NCBI GenBank assembly: GCA_041652815.1
Contig: JBAZGN010000001.1
Location: 509,855-573,854 of the forward strand
Origin: Candidatus Omnitrophota bacterium
Lineage (GTDB): Bacteria > Omnitrophota > Gorgyraeia > Duberdicusellales > 4484-171
Length of the DNA: 64,000 bases
Reading direction: 5' to 3'
Made by a program: the position numbers and the translations under genes. Of the stretch, positions 10,109 to 19,663 are shown one piece after another. Positions within the stretch are counted from its first letter, which is position 1. Every line of letters starts with the position of its first letter. Below the pieces are notes generated by a model, which was given only the letters and a program-made list of their open reading frames with translations, was not told where the DNA came from and did no database searches.

Positions 10109-11751
10109 AGAAAATTATCATAGTCATATTATTACTTAGTATTTTTTCTGCCTTAGCTATTTCAAGCATGCTTCAACAATCAGGCACCTGCGACGAAATA
10201 GCTCATCATATACCCGCAGGTTATAGCTACTATAAAAAATGGGATTTTAGGCTAAATCCATCCAATCCGCCTCTTTCTCGATATATCATGGCGTTTCCCT
10301 TGGCATTTCTTGATTTAAAAGCGCCATTTGACGATAAAAGTTGGCAGGAAGCAGATACGCCAGCTTTCGGTAGAAAGTTTTTCTTTGAATACAACAAAGA
10401 AAAATCTCGCACTATCCTATTATTAAGCAGGTTGGCCATGGTTTTTGTAGGGATATTTACAGGATTTTTAACTTATCTTATGGCTTCGCAAATCTACGGT
10501 AGAAGAGCCGGGCTGTTTGCTTTATTTTTGTTTTGTTTTACACCGGAGATTATAGCGCATGCTAGCTTAGCCACTACGGATATTACTGCTGCATGCTTTA
10601 TGTTACTTGCTTTATATGCTTTTTGGAAGTTTATGAAGTTGCCTACGAAAACAAAGCTTTTTATGGCAGGGATTACTTTAGGGTTAGCGCAATTATCAAA
10701 ATATAGCGCAGTTATATTTTATCCAATATTTTTAATTTTAGCCTTAACAGAATGGTTGTTATTTAAGAAAAAATTTTCAAAAATATTCAATTCGTTGATT
10801 CTAATTTTTGTAATATCAATTGTCACTATATGGCTAGGTTATGGTTGTAGAATGAAGCCATTCTTAGCAGAAACAACAAAACAGGAAGAAAAGATAGCTT
10901 TTGTACAAAATTTAGGCGTAAAAATTATCCCTTTTTGGAACAATGAGTTATCGCACAAGACCGAAACTTTTTTAAAAGAAAACCCTTTACCGTTAACTAC
11001 CTACATTACAGGTTTCCTGGGCGTGATGAAGCATAATAAAGAAAGCCATCGGATGTTTTTTTTGGGAAAATGGTCGAATCGCGGCAGCTATTTATACTAT
11101 GTAGTAGCTTTCTTAATAAAAACACCGGTTGTTATGATATTTTTTTTATTTATGGCTATTTTTTCTTTACTGTATAAACGGCTCAGCAAAGATGAATTAT
11201 ATCTTATTCTTCCCGCGGCGATTATTTTCTTAGCTGCTTCAATGAGTAAGCTACAATTGGGCACAAGGTATATTTTGCCCATTTACCCGCTATGCATTAT
11301 CTTTTCTTCACGGATTATCCGGCTTATTAAAAATAATGCGCAGAGAACAATTGTAGCCTTATTAGCAATATGGTTAGTTTTGGCAAATATCTTTGCCTGG
11401 CCGCATTATCTTTCGTATTTTAACGAATTTATCGGCGGAGCAAATCATGGCTGGAAGTATCTAAGAGATTCAAATATTGATTGGGGTCAAAACCTTCCGG
11501 CACTTTCAAAATACATGAAGAAGAATGATATAAAAGAAATTACGCTTGAATATTTTGGACAAGACGACCCTGCGTTGTATGGTATAAATTTTGAAGAATT
11601 TAGCTATGCTGAGCGTATAAAGCCTCTCAACAAAATATATGCAATAAGCGCACAATATCTAGAAAATGTTCCTTGGTTTTCTGCCCATGAGCCCACAGCT
11701 AAAGCGGGTTATTCTATATTTATCTATGACTTTAGAAAAGCCGGTAAATAA
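10105..11751 (+). CDS. GT39 family (PMT_2-type) GT-C membrane glycosyltransferase (second paralog)
   Basis: CDEIAHHIPAGYSYYKKWDFRLNPSNPPLSRY motif. ATGA overlap with the upstream YfhO gene. Confidence 0.7.
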   Translation: MKKIIIVILLLSIFSALAISSMLQQSGTCDEIAHHIPAGYSYYKKWDFRLNPSNPPLSRYIMAFPLAFLDLKAPFDDKSWQEADTPAFGRKFFFEYNKEKSRTILLLSRLAMVFVGIFTGFLTYLMASQIYGRRAGLFALFLFCFTPEIIAHASLATTDITAACFMLLALYAFWKFMKLPTKTKLFMAGITLGLAQLSKYSAVIFYPIFLILALTEWLLFKKKFSKIFNSLILIFVISIVTIWLGYGCRMKPFLAETTKQEEKIAFVQNLGVKIIPFWNNELSHKTETFLKENPLPLTTYITGFLGVMKHNKESHRMFFLGKWSNRGSYLYYVVAFLIKTPVVMIFFLFMAIFSLLYKRLSKDELYLILPAAIIFLAASMSKLQLGTRYILPIYPLCIIFSSRIIRLIKNNAQRTIVALLAIWLVLANIFAWPHYLSYFNEFIGGANHGWKYLRDSNIDWGQNLPALSKYMKKNDIKEITLEYFGQDDPALYGINFEEFSYAERIKPLNKIYAISAQYLENVPWFSAHEPTAKAGYSIFIYDFRKAGK

Positions 11752-11815
11752 AAAACGCCTGCCCCTTCTAATAATTTGACTACTAATGACTACTAGTGAT
11801 TATTAAAGAAAAAGT

Positions 11816-11843
11816 TTGACAATTAGTGAAAAATCCTTATAAT
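11816..11843 (+). promoter_or_regulatory. Sigma70-type promoter TTGACA-16-TATAAT for the HTH-neuB operon
   Basis: ttgaca at 11816-11821 and tataat at 11838-11843. AAAGGAGAAA RBS lies 6 nt before the ATG at 11867. A direct repeat TGACTACTA x2 sits just upstream at 11777-11800. Confidence 0.55.
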
Positions 11844-11866
11844 ACCGCGCAAAGGAGAAATAGATA

Positions 11867-12109
11867 ATGGAAATACGTCCAAATGAAGTCTATACTACTG
11901 AGGAAACCCAAAAACTGCTTAAAATAAGCCCTTCTACTACTATGCGTCTTATCAAAAAGGGAATCATTCGTACTGCAAAAATAGGAAAACAATACAGAAT
12001 CATGGGTAAGGAGTTATTACGTATTCTTTCCCCGGAGTTAGAGAATAAAGTCGGCAAGGTCTATAATAAAGGCAGATACTGGCTACATGATGGAATAGAT
12101 GAGAAGTGA
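11867..12109 (+). CDS. Small helix-turn-helix (excisionase/MerR-type) DNA-binding protein
   Basis: 80 aa; YTTEETQKLLKISPSTTMRLIKKGIIRTAKIGKQYRI is a typical excisionase-family HTH. Its 3' end overlaps the neuB start by 11 nt. Confidence 0.6.
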   Translation: MEIRPNEVYTTEETQKLLKISPSTTMRLIKKGIIRTAKIGKQYRIMGKELLRILSPELENKVGKVYNKGRYWLHDGIDEK

Positions 12110-13139
12110 GCGCAAAAAGATAAAAATTAGAGATAGGCTAGTTGGGGAAGGTTATCCCACTCTGGTTATAGCAGAGATAGGTAATAACCATGATGGTAAA
12201 GTTTCTCAAGCCAAAAAATTAATCAAAGATGCCTATGAAGCCGGCTGTGATATTGTTAAATTCCAAACACACATTGCTTACGAAGAAATGATAGATGACG
12301 GAGCCACTCCGCCGCATTTTAAGGAACCGCGTTATAAATTTACGCAGAGGATGCAACTTAGCAAGAAAGATCACATAATTTTAAAAAAATATGCAGAAAA
12401 TTTAGGACTTATATTTCTTTCTTCTCCTTTTTCCGAAAAAGCCGTTGATTTATTAGAAGAGATAGGCGTGAGCGCTTTTAAGATAGCTTCAGGAGAGCTC
12501 ACGAATATACCTTTTCTGCATTATGTTGCCAAGAAGAAAAAAACTATCATTATGTCAACGGGAATGAGCTCGTGGGAAGAAATTGATAGAGCTGTTTCAG
12601 CTATAAGAAAATATAACAACAAGTTAATCTTAATGCAGTGCACTTCGCAATACCCCTGTCCTTACGAAAAAGTGGGGCTTGGTGTCATTTGGGCGCTTAA
12701 AAAGCGCTATGATTGTCCTGTTGGCATTTCCGATCACACACCCACCAATTATACCGCATTTGCGGCAGTAACTTTGGGAGCGTGCATAATTGAGAAGCAT
12801 TTTACTATCGATAAGAGTCTTTACGGGCCGGACCATAAAGCTTCGTTAGTGAAGGAAGAAATGAGAAGCCTTATCGAAGGAGTGCGGGCAATAGAAACAG
12901 CCCTAAAACCATTTGATAAAAATACCTTAAGAAGCCTGGGGGCGGTGCGTGATACCTTTCAGAAAAGTCTGGTGGCAAAGCGCGACATTCCTGCCCATAC
13001 AAAGATTACCAGGACTTTTATTTGCCAGAAGAAACCCGGAACAGGTATTTCGCCTGTTTTGATCGATACTATTGTTGGGAAGGTTAGCCGCGTAAAAATT
13101 AGAAAAAACACCTTACTTCATATTAACCAATTTAAATAA
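12099..13139 (+). CDS. neuB: N-acetylneuraminate (nonulosonic acid) synthase, NeuB family with C-terminal SAF domain
   Basis: LVIAEIGNNHDGK...DIVKFQTH...FKIASGELTNIPFL and a C-terminal antifreeze-like domain. Confidence 0.85.
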   Translation: MRSERKKIKIRDRLVGEGYPTLVIAEIGNNHDGKVSQAKKLIKDAYEAGCDIVKFQTHIAYEEMIDDGATPPHFKEPRYKFTQRMQLSKKDHIILKKYAENLGLIFLSSPFSEKAVDLLEEIGVSAFKIASGELTNIPFLHYVAKKKKTIIMSTGMSSWEEIDRAVSAIRKYNNKLILMQCTSQYPCPYEKVGLGVIWALKKRYDCPVGISDHTPTNYTAFAAVTLGACIIEKHFTIDKSLYGPDHKASLVKEEMRSLIEGVRAIETALKPFDKNTLRSLGAVRDTFQKSLVAKRDIPAHTKITRTFICQKKPGTGISPVLIDTIVGKVSRVKIRKNTLLHINQFK

Positions 13140-13151
13140 AAAGGAATAAAT

Positions 13152-14285
13152 ATGAAACGTAAAATAATGGTAGTTATTATTAACCGTGCAAATTACGCAA
13201 GAATAAAATCTGTCCTCATCGCGATTAAAAATCACAAAGACCTGGAGTTAAGAATAGTAGTTGGAGCTTCAATGCTGCTTCCCAGATTTGGCGAAGCAGT
13301 TAATATTATGTTAAAGGATGGCTTTGTGATAGATGAAGAGATCAGGATAACTCTAGAAGGCGAAAATCCTATAACTATGGCTAAATCTACAGGGATAGGC
13401 TTGCTGGAATTGCCAACGCTTCTTGATAACCATAGGCCGGATGCGGTGATTACTATAGCTGATAGATACGAAACGCTTGCAACGGCAGTAGCAGCTTCCT
13501 ATATGAACATTCCGCTTGTGCACACGCAAGGAGGAGAAACATCCGGCTCTATTGACCATAATGTGCGTAACGCAATAACAAAACTTGCGCACATACATTT
13601 AGTAACTAATGCCAAGTGCGCATCGAGACTAAAAAAAATGGGCGAAAACCCTAAACGAATTTTCATCACCGGATGTCCTTCCATGGACATAGCAAGCAAA
13701 GTAGGGAGTCAGCCCGATAGTTATATCAAAGATTATATTAAAAATCACAACTTTCCTGTAGACACTAATCAACCGTTTTTATTGGTAGTGCAGCATCCTG
13801 TTACTACCGAATATCAAGATGCATCTTTCCAGATAGGCGAGACCATGAAGGCATTGATTAAACTTAAGATGCCAGTTATAGCTTTATATCCTAATGTGGA
13901 CGCCGGTTCTTATCATATGGTTAAAAAAATCCAGCATCTCGGTGTTGAAAAATTGCCGTTATTTTATTTCTACAAAAATTTTCCGCCGGAGGTATTTTTA
14001 GCCCTCCTAAAGAAATGTTCTTGTATCGTAGGTAATTCAAGCGCCGGCATACGTGAAAGCTCTTTCTACGGCACGCCGTCAGTAACTATCGGTTCGCGTC
14101 AGCGTACACGAGACAGGGCGGGCAACGTTACGGAAGTTGGCCACAGCGCAGGAGCTATCCAAAAAGCCATCCAAAAACAATTAGGACATGTCCGTTACAG
14201 CCCAAGCCATCTTTATGGTGATGGCAAGGCAGGTAAAAGAATTGCCGAGATACTTTCTAAATGTTCATTAGATATTGTGAAATAA
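13152..14285 (+). CDS. neuC: UDP-N-acetylglucosamine 2-epimerase (hydrolysing), NeuC
   Basis: VVIINRANYARIKSV...HTQGGETSGSIDHNVRNAITKLAHIHL; epimerase_2 fold. Confidence 0.8.
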   Translation: MKRKIMVVIINRANYARIKSVLIAIKNHKDLELRIVVGASMLLPRFGEAVNIMLKDGFVIDEEIRITLEGENPITMAKSTGIGLLELPTLLDNHRPDAVITIADRYETLATAVAASYMNIPLVHTQGGETSGSIDHNVRNAITKLAHIHLVTNAKCASRLKKMGENPKRIFITGCPSMDIASKVGSQPDSYIKDYIKNHNFPVDTNQPFLLVVQHPVTTEYQDASFQIGETMKALIKLKMPVIALYPNVDAGSYHMVKKIQHLGVEKLPLFYFYKNFPPEVFLALLKKCSCIVGNSSAGIRESSFYGTPSVTIGSRQRTRDRAGNVTEVGHSAGAIQKAIQKQLGHVRYSPSHLYGDGKAGKRIAEILSKCSLDIVK

Positions 14286-14452
14286 ATATGTTTTTAAAAT
14301 TCCCATGCAGGCACTATGAGGATAGCTTAAGGCAAAATTTATACTTCCATAGCGCTAGTCCTGTGCTGGCGCGAATATACGAGTGCCATAGAAGCACACC
14401 CCAGGTAAATACCCTGATTTTCTTAATTCAAAAATGAGTTAAGATATTTATT

Positions 14453-16378
14453 ATGAAGAATATAATTTTTGTAGCAAGATTGAATTCAAAAAATGCACTC
14501 TCTTTTATTAAATCATTAAGCAAGCAAAATTCCGCCAGTGTTATTGTTGCAACCGATCTGGTTTCTATTCAGATCTTATCAAAAGAAAAAATTCCATATA
14601 AACTAATAGAGAATATTATTAATACACAGGAGATGGCTTCTATAACCGAACGCGCCGTAAAATGGGCGCGCTGTTGGCATAAAATTGAGGGCATAGAACA
14701 CCGGATAAAGATTTATGGTGTTAATGTGGGTGAGATTATCGAAATACCTTTTATTCTTAGATTATCGAGATTATTGGAATATACATCCATACTTGATAAA
14801 CTTTGTAATCAATCAGAAGAATGTAAAATATTTATCGTAAATGACAGGTTTTTGGCAGAAATTATCAAAACCATAGTGCACAATATTAATTATGCAACGC
14901 GATTTAAAGTATTTACAAAAGAATATATCAGTCTTAATGATTTATATTCCAGAGCAAAGCAAATATGCAAGAAGACTGCGATTTATATAATATCATATTT
15001 ATGGTGGCTTCGGCACGGACTAAACTTTTATGAAACCAACAAAGAAACATATTCAATTCTGCTTTTTGAGGCTTTAGATCGATTCGGTGATTTTACTTAT
15101 AAATTACGGCAAAGTTTTAACTGTGTTTCTTTGTATCCAAGCTTTTCCTGGTTATATTTTTCGAAATCAAAAAAGACAGGCACCCACTATAGAACGCTAA
15201 GGCCAATATTATTTTGGGAATACTTATGGTTACGCCAAAAAGCAAAAGTTAAATTTCCACACATAAAAGAAATATTAAAAAATAACAATATATTTATTTT
15301 TAATAATACTTCGTTTGCTTCTGCCGTATTCGTTGAGCTTGGGAAATTATTTATTCATCAATTTCCTTGTTGTGCTGCCTACGCAAAAATATTTAAAAGA
15401 AATATTAGCAATTTCAGATTAGTTATAACCACCAACGATACAACTCCGATTGCAAAACTTATAGTCAAAATAGCTAAAGCAAAACGAGTACGCACGTTAG
15501 TTATCCAGCATGGTGTTACAACTGGCGGAGAAGTAGGGAAATTTAATAATAGTTCTTTTTTTGGTTTTGGATTCTTACCGCTTACCGCTGACGTTATGGC
15601 AATAGCCGGGAATATAAGTAAAGATTGGCTGGTTAGTAACGGCGTAATGCCCGATAAATTAAAAGTTACAGGCCTTTTACACTTAGATGAATATTTCAAA
15701 ATGCAGGACGATAAAACCCGGACAAAACAATTGAAGGAAGATATATGTAAAAAATTTAATTTTAGTAATAAAATTCCTTTAATTTTATTCGTATCACAAC
15801 ATTCAGCAGGAAACAATAGGATTAGCGGATATCAGTTAACACCGGGAGAGACCTATAAGAATTTAGTCTGTATTGCCAAAGCGCTCAAGATTTACAATAA
15901 GAAAGCCAATCTTTTAGTAAAACTGCATCCTGTATTGCAAGAAGATGAATCGCTTTATCGCGATATATTAATTTCAGATGGTGCAGAAAATGCTAAGGTA
16001 ACAAGGAAGTATCGGGTATCGAGTCTCGTCTTAGCCGCAGATTTAGTTATAACTTGCTGGTCTACAGTTGGAATGGATGCCATTTTTGCTAATAAGCCAT
16101 TAATAACCCTAAATCTTAGCGGCACTTTCGATAAAATGCCATACGCAGAAAAAGGAGCAGCGATTGGCGTTGCTTCTGAAACCGAACTGAGCGTCGCAAT
16201 TTCTAATTGTCTCAGCGGCAGTAGCACTTTTTATAAACTGGCGCAAGGAAGAGGTAAATTTAGCGAAGATTATAATACAATAGGATCAAAAACGGCAGCT
16301 GAAAATATCTTAGATTTAATTTATGAACTCCTGAATCCAAAGACATGTCAAACATTAAATTTGATCAATACAAAATAA
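14453..16378 (+). CDS. Hypothetical 641-aa protein; candidate CMP-ulosonic-acid-dependent glycosyltransferase (sialyltransferase / KpsS-KpsC-like 'HP-motif' family)
   Basis: Sits between neuC and neuA. The C-terminal half (VIQHGVTTGG...LLVKLHPVLQEDE...VITCWSTVGMDA) resembles the HP-motif CMP-sugar binding region of bacterial sialyl/Kdo transferases. The N-terminal half has no family I can name. Confidence 0.35.
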   Translation: MKNIIFVARLNSKNALSFIKSLSKQNSASVIVATDLVSIQILSKEKIPYKLIENIINTQEMASITERAVKWARCWHKIEGIEHRIKIYGVNVGEIIEIPFILRLSRLLEYTSILDKLCNQSEECKIFIVNDRFLAEIIKTIVHNINYATRFKVFTKEYISLNDLYSRAKQICKKTAIYIISYLWWLRHGLNFYETNKETYSILLFEALDRFGDFTYKLRQSFNCVSLYPSFSWLYFSKSKKTGTHYRTLRPILFWEYLWLRQKAKVKFPHIKEILKNNNIFIFNNTSFASAVFVELGKLFIHQFPCCAAYAKIFKRNISNFRLVITTNDTTPIAKLIVKIAKAKRVRTLVIQHGVTTGGEVGKFNNSSFFGFGFLPLTADVMAIAGNISKDWLVSNGVMPDKLKVTGLLHLDEYFKMQDDKTRTKQLKEDICKKFNFSNKIPLILFVSQHSAGNNRISGYQLTPGETYKNLVCIAKALKIYNKKANLLVKLHPVLQEDESLYRDILISDGAENAKVTRKYRVSSLVLAADLVITCWSTVGMDAIFANKPLITLNLSGTFDKMPYAEKGAAIGVASETELSVAISNCLSGSSTFYKLAQGRGKFSEDYNTIGSKTAAENILDLIYELLNPKTCQTLNLINTK

Positions 16379-17070
16379 TTGGAGTCATACCGGCCAGGGG
16401 CGGTTCGAAAGGGATAAGGCACAAGAATATAGTCCCATTATATGGGAAACCCTTAATCGAATACACCATAGAGCAAGCATTAAAATCAAAGTTTCTTGAT
16501 AGAATTATAGTTTCTACTGATAGTAAACGCATAGCAGAGGTTGCTAAGAAATTTTGTAAATTCGGTGTAGAAATATTTAAAAGACCAAAGTGTTTATCTC
16601 AGGATAGTACGCTTACCGTTGATGTGCTTAGATATCTGCTTAAGAATATCAAAAATAAAAATAATTATATGCCGGACATTGTTGTAACGCTTCAGCCCAC
16701 CTCACCCTTTAGAAAATTCTCAACCATTGATAGAGCTATTATCAAATTAATTGAAGGTAAATACGATTCAATAATAACAATATGTAAAGCCGAACGCACT
16801 CCTTATAAGATGTATATTCTTAAGAAGGGTTTAATCAAGCCTCTTTTATGTGCTGGTAAATATATAGAAAAACCAAGGCAAATTATACCGAATGTTTTTC
16901 GTTCCACAGGAACGGTTTATGTCACAAAATCGAGCCTCATATTAAAACAAAAAAGAATTATTGGCAGAAAGTGTTCTTATATATTCGTTGACAGGCCGGA
17001 ATCTTTTGATTTAGATGACAAATTTGATCTTAAAGTTGCCCGCTGTATTAAAAAAATAAATAGAATATGA
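16345..17070 (+). CDS. neuA: CMP-N-acetylneuraminic acid synthetase (acylneuraminate cytidylyltransferase)
   Basis: IIGVIPARGGSKGIRHKNI...PLI..TIE and QPTSPFR motifs. Confidence 0.85.
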   Translation: MSNIKFDQYKIIGVIPARGGSKGIRHKNIVPLYGKPLIEYTIEQALKSKFLDRIIVSTDSKRIAEVAKKFCKFGVEIFKRPKCLSQDSTLTVDVLRYLLKNIKNKNNYMPDIVVTLQPTSPFRKFSTIDRAIIKLIEGKYDSIITICKAERTPYKMYILKKGLIKPLLCAGKYIEKPRQIIPNVFRSTGTVYVTKSSLILKQKRIIGRKCSYIFVDRPESFDLDDKFDLKVARCIKKINRI

Positions 17071-18476
17071 AAATATTATTAACACGCCCGGCAGTAGAAA
17101 CAAGGCCTGGTTTCAGGTTCCCGTTAGGCTTAGGGTATATTGCGGCAGTTCTCGTAAAAGCAGGCCACGAAGTAGATATTCTTGATTTAGATATGTTACG
17201 CCTAAGTAAAGATCAGGCAGAGGATGAAATTAAAAATTATAAATACGATATTTTTGGCCTTAGCAGTCTAACGGCTCAATATCGAGACATGAAATGGATG
17301 ATTTCTATTTCAAAGAAATGGCATCCGGAAGCTCTTGTCGTAATCGGCGGCGCCGGGCCTTCATCTATGCCGGAATTTATGATAACACATACTAAAGCTG
17401 ACATTGTTGTCCTGCGAGAGGGGGAAGAAACAATAATTGGTTTACTGACTGCCTTAGAAGAAAAAAAATCCTTAGATAACGTAAAAGGTATTTTATATAA
17501 AAAAGAAGATGGCAGCTTTGCGGTGACTTCCGTCCGAGAAAGAATCTCTAATTTAGATATAATACCTTTTCCTGAATGGAACTTATTTGATATGAAAGAA
17601 TATTCTTCTCAAATTTCCTTCGCTTCCCGTAGAGGAGCAAAATCAATGGTGATGATTACTTCGCGCGGTTGCCCTTTTAACTGCGCTTTTTGCTTTAGAG
17701 ACTTTGGCAGAAGAACAATCTTTCGTTCGGCAAGAAATGTTGTTGATGAAATAAAAAAATTAAAAGATAAATACGACATAGAGTATATTTCATTTCTTGA
17801 TGAACTTTTTACCGCATCTGGCGAGAGAGTAAAAGAAATCTGCGATCGATTGATAGATGAGCGTATTAAAATTAAGTGGGATTGTAGAAGCAGGGTGGAT
17901 TCGGTAGAAGAAGGCATTTTGAAAAAAATGAAAGCAGCAGGATGTGTATATATGAGTTATGGTATTGAATCTGCAAGCGATAAGATTTTAAAAAACATGG
18001 ATAAGGGTATAAAAATAGATGAAATAAGAAAAGCTATTACAATTTCTCGAAAAGTCGGCATAAAAATTTCCGGAAGTTTCATGATTGGAATGACAGGCGA
18101 GACCGAAGAGACATTCCAGGCTACGGTAAACTTTATAAAAGAAATGAATATGCATAAAAACTACGGGTTTTTTTACACTACTCCTTTCCCCGGGACCAAA
18201 TTATTTGAAGAGGCTATCGCAAAAAAACTTATACCTGATATTGAGCAATATATAATGGATTTGGGTGAAACTCATTTTAAACCATTTATAAATTTATCTA
18301 ATTTGCCATTCGAGCGCTTAAGTGTTTTGAAAACAGAAGCCGATAAAGAAATAGAGAAAGATTATAAAAATAAAAATCCTTTTTGGCCATGGGTTTATTT
18401 AACTGAACGTTACCGGCTCTATGGTTTCCTGGGGTTATTTAAAAAAGTATTTAAAAAGATACGCAAAACATCCTGA
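17067..18476 (+). CDS. Cobalamin-binding radical SAM enzyme (class B; likely methyltransferase or other sugar modifier)
   Basis: N-terminal B12-binding domain followed by CPFNCAFC (CxxxCxxC). ATGA overlap with neuA. Confidence 0.8.
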   Translation: MKILLTRPAVETRPGFRFPLGLGYIAAVLVKAGHEVDILDLDMLRLSKDQAEDEIKNYKYDIFGLSSLTAQYRDMKWMISISKKWHPEALVVIGGAGPSSMPEFMITHTKADIVVLREGEETIIGLLTALEEKKSLDNVKGILYKKEDGSFAVTSVRERISNLDIIPFPEWNLFDMKEYSSQISFASRRGAKSMVMITSRGCPFNCAFCFRDFGRRTIFRSARNVVDEIKKLKDKYDIEYISFLDELFTASGERVKEICDRLIDERIKIKWDCRSRVDSVEEGILKKMKAAGCVYMSYGIESASDKILKNMDKGIKIDEIRKAITISRKVGIKISGSFMIGMTGETEETFQATVNFIKEMNMHKNYGFFYTTPFPGTKLFEEAIAKKLIPDIEQYIMDLGETHFKPFINLSNLPFERLSVLKTEADKEIEKDYKNKNPFWPWVYLTERYRLYGFLGLFKKVFKKIRKTS

Positions 18477-18477
18477 A

Positions 18478-19662
18478 ATGGAAAAATCAAAACTATATAT
18501 TGTTGTGGCAATCGATACAGAAGGCCCGGCATCTTATGCTTTAGATAGTTGGGATAAGATAGATAAAATGATGAAACGCATTACATCCGATGATTTTAGA
18601 TATGCACACACTGACAGTTACAGCGAAGGTTTACGATATAGTTATTTTGTAATGGACTGGACAGCTTTTAGCGAAAATCCAAATAAACGCGTATTTGGTT
18701 ATAGCGCCATATACGAGCATTATTTAAGAGATTTATTCGCTGAAACCCCACTAAAAAAACATAAAGATGGCGTGTATTGGCACTATCACCATCCTTGCAA
18801 AGACGGTAAATGGCGTTATGGTGGTTGGAATGAGACCTGGGGTGATAATAATGAATACGAAAACCAAATAAACCATCTTATTATAGATAGACAATATTTT
18901 CCTAATATTTATAGGGCGGGAGGAACTATTGAGACTAACGAACAGTCGCAATGGCTTGAAGAATGGATTCCTTTTGATTTTTCTTCGCGAGGGCCGGAAA
19001 GCATATCCTTAAAATCAATTTTAAAAAAACTTAAAAATAACATATGCGGTAATAGCACGAAATATTTGTGGGATTGGTCAAGAGCGCCCAGGGATTGGAT
19101 TTTTTATACGCCTTCCGCTGAAGATTATCAATTAAAAGGCACAATGGCAAGAAAGATTTTTCGCTGTGCAGGGATTAAGAGCGATGAGGATTGTGTAAAT
19201 AGCAAGTATATCAAAGAAGCTTTTCTGTTTGCTTCTAAAAGAAAAGAGGCTTTATTTTCATTCTTTACGCACGATTTCTACGTGAACGCCGATCAGCAAA
19301 TATACAATACTGCCAAACTCATAAAAAGTATAGCTAAAGATTTCGACACGGTTGAATACGCTTATTTAAATGCTTTGGACGCGGCACAAAAATGTCTTTG
19401 TTGCGAAGACAAGGGTTCTTTAGGGCTAACGGTGTCACTCGATAGCAAAATACTTATAGTAAAGTCAAACAAAAAGCTTTTTTCGAAACAACCGTGGCTT
19501 TCGGCTAAATTCATTGATTTAACTTATAAACACATTTTAATGCAGCAAAAAGAAGAAACACTCTGGACCGTTGATTTGCCCTTGGATAAAATAGAAATTT
19601 TAGGTGTAGGCGCTTGCGATAAGGTTGGTAATTCTACCGTGACTTTAACGAGGATTTTATAA
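18478..19662 (+). CDS. Hypothetical protein in the NulO cassette (possible hydrolase/deacetylase-like, no confident family)
   Basis: ATG at 18478 lies directly after the upstream TGA; the track's 18421 start would overlap by 56 nt. Features include IVVAIDTEG and WHYHHPCKDGKW. Confidence 0.4.
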   Translation: MEKSKLYIVVAIDTEGPASYALDSWDKIDKMMKRITSDDFRYAHTDSYSEGLRYSYFVMDWTAFSENPNKRVFGYSAIYEHYLRDLFAETPLKKHKDGVYWHYHHPCKDGKWRYGGWNETWGDNNEYENQINHLIIDRQYFPNIYRAGGTIETNEQSQWLEEWIPFDFSSRGPESISLKSILKKLKNNICGNSTKYLWDWSRAPRDWIFYTPSAEDYQLKGTMARKIFRCAGIKSDEDCVNSKYIKEAFLFASKRKEALFSFFTHDFYVNADQQIYNTAKLIKSIAKDFDTVEYAYLNALDAAQKCLCCEDKGSLGLTVSLDSKILIVKSNKKLFSKQPWLSAKFIDLTYKHILMQQKEETLWTVDLPLDKIEILGVGACDKVGNSTVTLTRIL

Positions 19663-19663
19663 A

